Assembly (NCBI RefSeq): GCF_009914755.1
Contig: NC_060940.1
Reading direction: 5' to 3' (one strand)
Source: the human T2T-CHM13v2.0 reference genome, Homo sapiens
DNA: 64,000 nt
In this document: in pieces, positions 56,221 through 64,000 of the stretch
Numbering within the stretch: position 1 is the stretch's first letter
Layout: each line of letters begins with the position of its first letter
Notes under the pieces: generated by a model
Database searches by the model: none
Told to the model about the DNA's origin: nothing
The model's input: only the letters and a program-made list of their open reading frames with translations
Position numbers and translations under genes: made by a program

Positions 56221-56450
56221 TAAAGCAAAAATAAGGGGCGAGAGAAAAAGAAACAGAAGAAGAAGGGGGAGAGAAAATAATAAGGCACTGTGGCCAATGC
56301 CATAGATGAAAATATTCAAGGGAAAATGACCCAGGAGAAGCACCACCAGAAGCAGTCATTGCACTGCGGTCATCATCGGTAAGAAAACACACTGAGATGG
56401 CTCTCAATCTAAGAATGGGAGACTTGGGGAATTCTTTTCTGAGAGATTGG

Positions 56451-56832
<382 letters not shown>

Positions 56833-57062
56833 TGAAGATAAAGGAGACCATAAAATTTGTTCTCAATTTTTACCAGCACAAAAATCTTCTACCAGTCTGT
56901 TTGCTTTGTGTGGAAAGCAGAGGAAATCCAAGTTTTTTACAGCCCTCCCCAAATGTGGAGGAGTCTAACCTGAGATGAGGACAGCTGCTGGGAGGCTGTT
57001 ATTGAATCACACTCTGAAATGGCAAAGGCTTGAGGATCTACGTTATCCGTCAATCACAGTCA

Positions 57063-57835
<773 letters not shown>

Positions 57836-58084
57836 TTCAAAACGTGGTTAGTAGGGGATGAATAAATTGCTTCTCAATTAATTAAAAATCTTACAACTCT
57901 CCATGTATCCCCTGAATCTAAATTTAAAGATATATGACTTTTAAAAAATTGTAACTCTTACTTAGATACAATTTTTCTAAACCTATCAACTTCTAGGAGG
58001 CAAACATTAAACTATTAAAAATTCAGATAATAAAATAAGTCACTTATTCCCAAGTCAGAGCACTGTCTCACATATTATTCTGGT

Positions 58085-58408
58085 TTTATTTATTTGGTTT
58101 TTTGAGACAGGGTCTCCTCTGTTGCCCAGGCTGGAGTGCAGTGGCACCAGCAATCATGGCTTACTGCGACCTCCGCCTCTCAGTCTCAAGCGATTCTCCC
58201 ATCTCAGCCTCCTGAGTAGCTGGGACTACAGGCGGTGCCATCACACTTAGCCAATGTTTTTAAACCTTTTTTTTTCTTTTTCTTTTTTTTTTTTTTTTTT
58301 GTAGAGATGAGGTCTCACTATATTGCCTAGGCTGGTCTCAAACTCCTGGGCTCAAGCAATTTCTCCCACCTTGGCCTCCCAAGGTGCTGGGGTTACACTG
58401 GACCTGGC
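58085..58408 (-). mobile_element. AluJ-like with expanded middle T tract
   Basis: Alu consensus. Confidence 0.9.
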
Positions 58409-59108
58409 CTTATTCAGGTTTTTAATCTCCATTGACAGCACCTGTCAACTTGTGGGACCATTGGCCTGGGTTACAGGTGTCGTCAAAGACTATTTGCACT
58501 GTGTGCACCCACTCAACAGACCAGAGCTACAATGGCTGCAAGGAGCTTTACTGACGCTGGAAGGACCATCTCACACGGCACCTGCTGTGATAGGAGTTGA
58601 GGGTGGAAACCCAAGTTACTGAGCATGTTTTGCAGATTAGCACTCCAGGCAGCTGCCAGCTGGCCCATCCCTCCTTGAGGCTCTGAGGAAGTGGGAGCTG
58701 GAGTGTAAGTCCTAGTTCCTGTTCTATCCTGACTGCTTGAAGTCTCTGTAGAGAAGAATCAGAGTTGAAATGGTGGCAGAGAAAACTCCTGTCCCTGCCG
58801 TGCTTCCAGGTCACCACTGTGTGACCTTGGACAACCTGCTTGATCTGGCCAAAGCCCAGTTTCCCCATTCATTCATTTACTTATTCATCAAACACTATTC
58901 AATGCCTACTGTGCTCTTACAATAATAGTTAACACTTACTCTAGGCCGGGCACTAGTCAAAACACTTTGTATTAACTCATTTAAACCTCAAAGCAATCCG
59001 ATCAGGTCAGTACTCTTATTTATGCCATTTTACAGATGAGACCTTGTTCTTCCTATTGAAGAAACAACCTTGAATAAGATCATTGAGCTCTCTGCCATCA
59101 AGGATTTA

Positions 59109-59450
<342 letters not shown>

Positions 59451-60035
59451 TTAAGAGACTACCCTCCTGAGGTTATTGAGATTATCGTGACTCTCACCTA
59501 AGACACTACATTCAAGTCACTAGAATAGCACCTTGCATGTAGTAAGTGTTCAACAGACTGAGATATTATTAGACCATTAATATCAAGAAGGCAATGCCAC
59601 TTTTATCTCGGGTGAGGGTCGTATGTGTATTAAGGTGGCTGCAGATGTAAAAGATTGGAATTATCGGGGAAATGTTACAGTCAGAAATTTCCCCTGAGGG
59701 TCATGGCTGATGTTGCACCAGCCGGAGTGGGGCAAGGGCGATGCAGCGTTTCTCATCTTGACAGGGTCTCCGCTCTTGCTTCAGAAGAAGGAGCTTGAGG
59801 TCAGCTCTCCACCTCTGTGGGATAAGGTACCCACTTTCCTTTCCAGGTGCCTCTATAAGCTGAGCCCCAACCTCCCTCAGTGAGGGAAGCTTTGCTCCTC
59901 CTGCAGCAGCTGCAGGAAAAACTCCAACTGCTTTGGGAGGAAGAGCTGGGATTCCTCCCTTCCCTGCCTGGGGAGGCAGCATGAACATAAGAGCACCAAC
60001 ATTACACAGAGAAGGCAGGCTCGCCTCCCTCTCAC

Positions 60036-60108
60036 CTCTGTCATGTCTCCAAAGGGCAGAAGTTCCAGGTCCCGATTCAGGGAGCAGCAGTGGAGCACCT
60101 GGAGGTAT
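60036..60108 (-). CDS. ABCC11: ABCC11 exon 14, [24 protein letters not shown]
   Basis: cacag| acceptor, GAG|gtgaga donor; 73 nt, phase 2 to 0. Confidence 0.96.
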
Positions 60109-60393
60109 CTGTGAAGGACAGGGAGCCATAAGGCACAGGGGACCAGCCCTCCCGCCCATCACCCTTCCCAGTGTCGAGAGGAATGGTCTTGATTTTCATG
60201 CTAAGAAATTTAGACTTGATGGTGTTTAATGGTATAACACTGAAGGCTTTTTTCATTTCCTTCCCTCTTTCATTTCTTTTAAATTAATACACACTCTTAG
60301 TAAATATTTGACCAGAATAAAAAGATGCAATAAAAAGCAGTTCTCCTTCCCATCTTTGACCTTCATTTGCTTTTCTCAAAAGCAGTCACTCTT

Positions 60394-60685
60394 GGCCAGG
60401 CACGGTGGCTCATGCCTGTAATCCCAGCACTTTGGGAGGCCAAGGAGGGCAAATCACCTGAGGTCAGGAGTTCGAGACCAGCTTGGCTAACATGACAAAA
60501 CCCCGTCTCTACTAAAAATACAAAAATTAACTGGGCGTGCTGGTGCGTGCCTGTAGTCCCAGCTACTTGAGAGACTGAGGCAGGAGAATCACTTGAACCA
60601 GGGAGGCGGAAAGGTTGCAGTAAGCCAAGATCACGCCATTGTACTCCAGCCTGGGAGACAAAGTGAGACTCCGTCTCAAAAAAAA
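60394..60685 (+). mobile_element. AluS
   Basis: TSD aaaagcag(t/c)cact. Confidence 0.92.
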
Positions 60686-62220
60686 GCAGCCACTATTACA
60701 GTGTCTTACGTATTTATTCAGAAATAATCTATTCGTATATGGATGTGTACTGCATGGTACTGCATGTATAGGTTATTATTGTTTTAATGGCATTTTAGTA
60801 TTCCATTATATGGTTGCACCATAAATTATTTAACCAGTGGCCTAGTGATGGACACTGGAATTTTTTCTACTCTTTTGCTCCTGTGAGCAATGCAGTGTGA
60901 ACATCTTTGTATATGGGTCTTTGCTTCCATGGGTGAAAATATCTACACATTAAATACCTAACAGTGAATTTGCTGAGTCAAAGGGTTGGTGCATTTTTAT
61001 TTTAACAGATATTGCAAAATTTCTGTATGAGTTCTATCAGTCTCATAGAAGACCCTAAAGAAGAGCAATGACAAGATGAGAGCTGGGACTTAGGATGATT
61101 GCCCTGGAGACAATCTTACGCGGGGTGGAACAGAGCAGGAGATTAGAGACAGGGACCCAAGGGCAGGGGCAGTGGGAACTGTTCAAACAAGAGATCACAG
61201 GCTGAACGAACTAGAAACAGAGATGGAGAAGACAGAAATACAAGAGATATGTAGGAGACAGGCTTATTCACGATCGGTGACCAATTACCAATTAGATGTG
61301 GAAGAAATCAGAGGAGGAGACATCTGGCTTCCCGGGGTGCAAGGTTTGGGTGATGCCATTAAACTGAGTTGCACAATTTGGGAAAAGAAGCCAGGGGTAT
61401 GGGGCTGGGCAGGCAGGGTGCTCATGAGTTGGTATTGGACATAATTGTGAGGTGTCCACAGGACAACTAGACAGAGACAGCCAGTTCCTACACCTCCATA
61501 TCTATGTTGTTCCCGGGGGCAGATTGCAAAACCAAGCAAACAGTCACAGGTCAGAGTCCACCATAGTTGGAAGCGTAGCTGTAGCATTCAGAGCAGTTTT
61601 CCTGGACCCTTCACTGAACAGGCTTCACTCATGACATTCAATCTCATGTCTTGGGCAGGTTAACCCGAGAATTCTAGGGCAGGGAGAAGCCATAGAGGGA
61701 AAGGAGGGATATGGACAAGACTTGGGAGATCCACGGGGCCATAGATTCAAACTGGTTTCCTCTATGTCACAGAACCTCATCACTCCCATTTGTTTTCCTT
61801 TTCACAGAACCTCATCGCTCCCATTTGTTTTCCTTTTCACTTAGGGGCCAAGATTTAACGAATACAAATGAAGTTCAAATGTAGCAATATTGGAGGGGGA
61901 GAGTGTATTGACTATTTTGAGCCAATATAGCGTAATAGTTAAGCACGAAGTTTCTGAAAGCAACTGGGTTCAAATCCTGGCTCTATCACATCCCACCACC
62001 TGGGTGACTTCGGGCAAATTATTTAACCTCTTGGGGCCTCAGCTGATTCATCTGGAAAATTGATATGATGGTATTTCTTTCACAGTGAGGGGTGAATATG
62101 ATAATGCGTTTAAGTGGAGCACACAAGTGTTAGCAGTTGTCAGGTTACCGTTTGAAGCTGGAGGTGCCCCCAGACCAGCCACATGCCCTGTACTCTCCCT
62201 TTCCCCTCCCAGGAGCTTAC

Positions 62221-62345
62221 CGGGCCTTGTCATATGCGCCTCCCATGAGGATGTTCTCCCTGATGTTCCCGCTGACGATCCAGGCCTGCTGGGGGACATA
62301 GGCCAGGCTTCCCTGCACCCCCACCGAGCCCTCGAGCAAGTGCAT
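62221..62345 (-). CDS. ABCC11: ABCC11 (MRP8) coding exon (exon 13), NBD1 Q-loop region [42 protein letters not shown]
   Basis: cgcag|ATG acceptor, CG|gtaagc donor; 125 nt; [12 protein letters not shown] motif; frame continues into next exon. Confidence 0.96.
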
Positions 62346-62526
62346 CTGCGGCAGAATGAGTCCAGCCTCAGGACCAATTGGGCCAAGGGACAGAGCCTGC
62401 CTGGCTCAGCAGGCACAGTGCCCAGGGCCCCACTGCCCTCCAGGACCTTGGGGGCTCTCCTAGGTAAAAGGGACTTTTAATGTGGCCCTACCAGGCCCAC
62501 CAGCGAGTTCCAGGGACCGGCCATGA

Positions 62527-62902
<376 letters not shown>

Positions 62903-64000
62903 CGTTTTTTCCTCTTATTTGTCCCAGCCCCATTCCCTGGCAGCCAGTGCCTCCATGGTCTTCACCATGCACACCAAAAGTTCCAGGCTATCTCTGAGCA
63001 TGCCTGGGTATTATGGAATTATTATTGTTAGGTAGGATAATGTTATCATGGTTAGGCAGAAAAATGTTCTTACTTTTGGACATCACGATGAAGTATTTAG
63101 AATGGAAAGTGTTATAACCTCTGTAATTTAAAGTATTCTACAAAATATATGTCTATATAGTAAGGTAAATATGCAAAAACTATCAACTGCTGCATCTAGA
63201 TGGTGGGTATATGGATCCCTGCTGTAGTGTTCTTCCTGTTTTTCTGCCTAAGTTCAAAACAACACGTTAAAAACAAATAGAGATAGACACTCATCCCCAG
63301 CACCCTGACTTGGGACCTCATCATTCTTAATCCTTTCTCTTTTATACCCTAAAATGTTTACTTCTAGTTTGGAGCCAAGCTTTAATGAATAAGAACAAAA
63401 CTTTAAAATGGCATCTCTGTCTTCCTTTATTAGAAGGAAAGTGACAGGCTCATTTACATAGGAAACTGACAAACCACTGGGCACGTAGGAGGTGGTCTTG
63501 CCTGGAGGCTGCCAGGCAATGCTGCTGTGATGTAGAACAGAGCTCTGACCTCAGGTGGACCTGGGACTCAGCCCTGGCTCACCCCTTACCTGCTGTATGA
63601 CCTTGGATGAGTCACCTCTCAGAACCTCACGTACTCATCTGTAAATGGGTCATCGTGAGTATGCCTTTGTCATGGGAGGTTACCAGAGTTAAAGGGGAAA
63701 ATGGAAAGCTCTTTGCACAGGACTTCGCATGTAAGTACTGAAGCTAGTTTTACAATTTTTTTTAATGGAGTCTTTCTTCTTTGCAGTTGCAAAGAAACCG
63801 GGGAAAGGCCATTCCACATGCAGCACGTGGCTGATGTGTTAAGAGAGAGCTGGCTTTGGTAACATAACCGCATTCCAAGGAGGGGATGAGTTTGGCAATG
63901 TTCATTTGGGAGAAGGAGCTGAGGGAAAAGCCGAAGAAAGGAAGGAAAACTTCTCCCAGTGTTGGGGGAACAAGGGACAATGGACAGAAGAAGAAGGGGG

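Overview
Human (or very close great-ape) genomic DNA from the tandem ABCC11-ABCC12 ABC-transporter locus; both genes lie on the minus strand. Positions ~62345 down to ~23720 hold the last 18 coding exons of ABCC11/MRP8 (exons 13-30 by conventional numbering, residues ~561-1382: second half of NBD1, TMD2, NBD2) and its 3'UTR. About 11 kb of intergenic DNA follows, with two perfect CTCF motifs, a G-rich tract and a CpG-enriched patch. The 5' end of ABCC12/MRP9 comes next (first two coding exons at 3230-3112 and 871-716). The rest is ordinary intronic repeat (Alu, L1, MIR, MaLR/ERV1 LTRs, hAT fossils). I found no evidence for a wholly new gene system. Two things stand out. (1) The ABCC11 exon-27 donor reads ATAAGT instead of GTAAGT (position 27696), an apparent +1G>A loss-of-function allele in this haplotype. 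(2) ABCC11 intron 23 contains a ~1.9 kb inverted duplication (arms of 779 and 792 bp, 299 bp spacer holding an 18-mer minisatellite) whose inner 136 bp are identical while its embedded Alus have diverged. Exon boundaries were set by hand from splice dinucleotides and frame continuity; repeat boundaries and subfamily names are approximate and from memory of consensus sequences.
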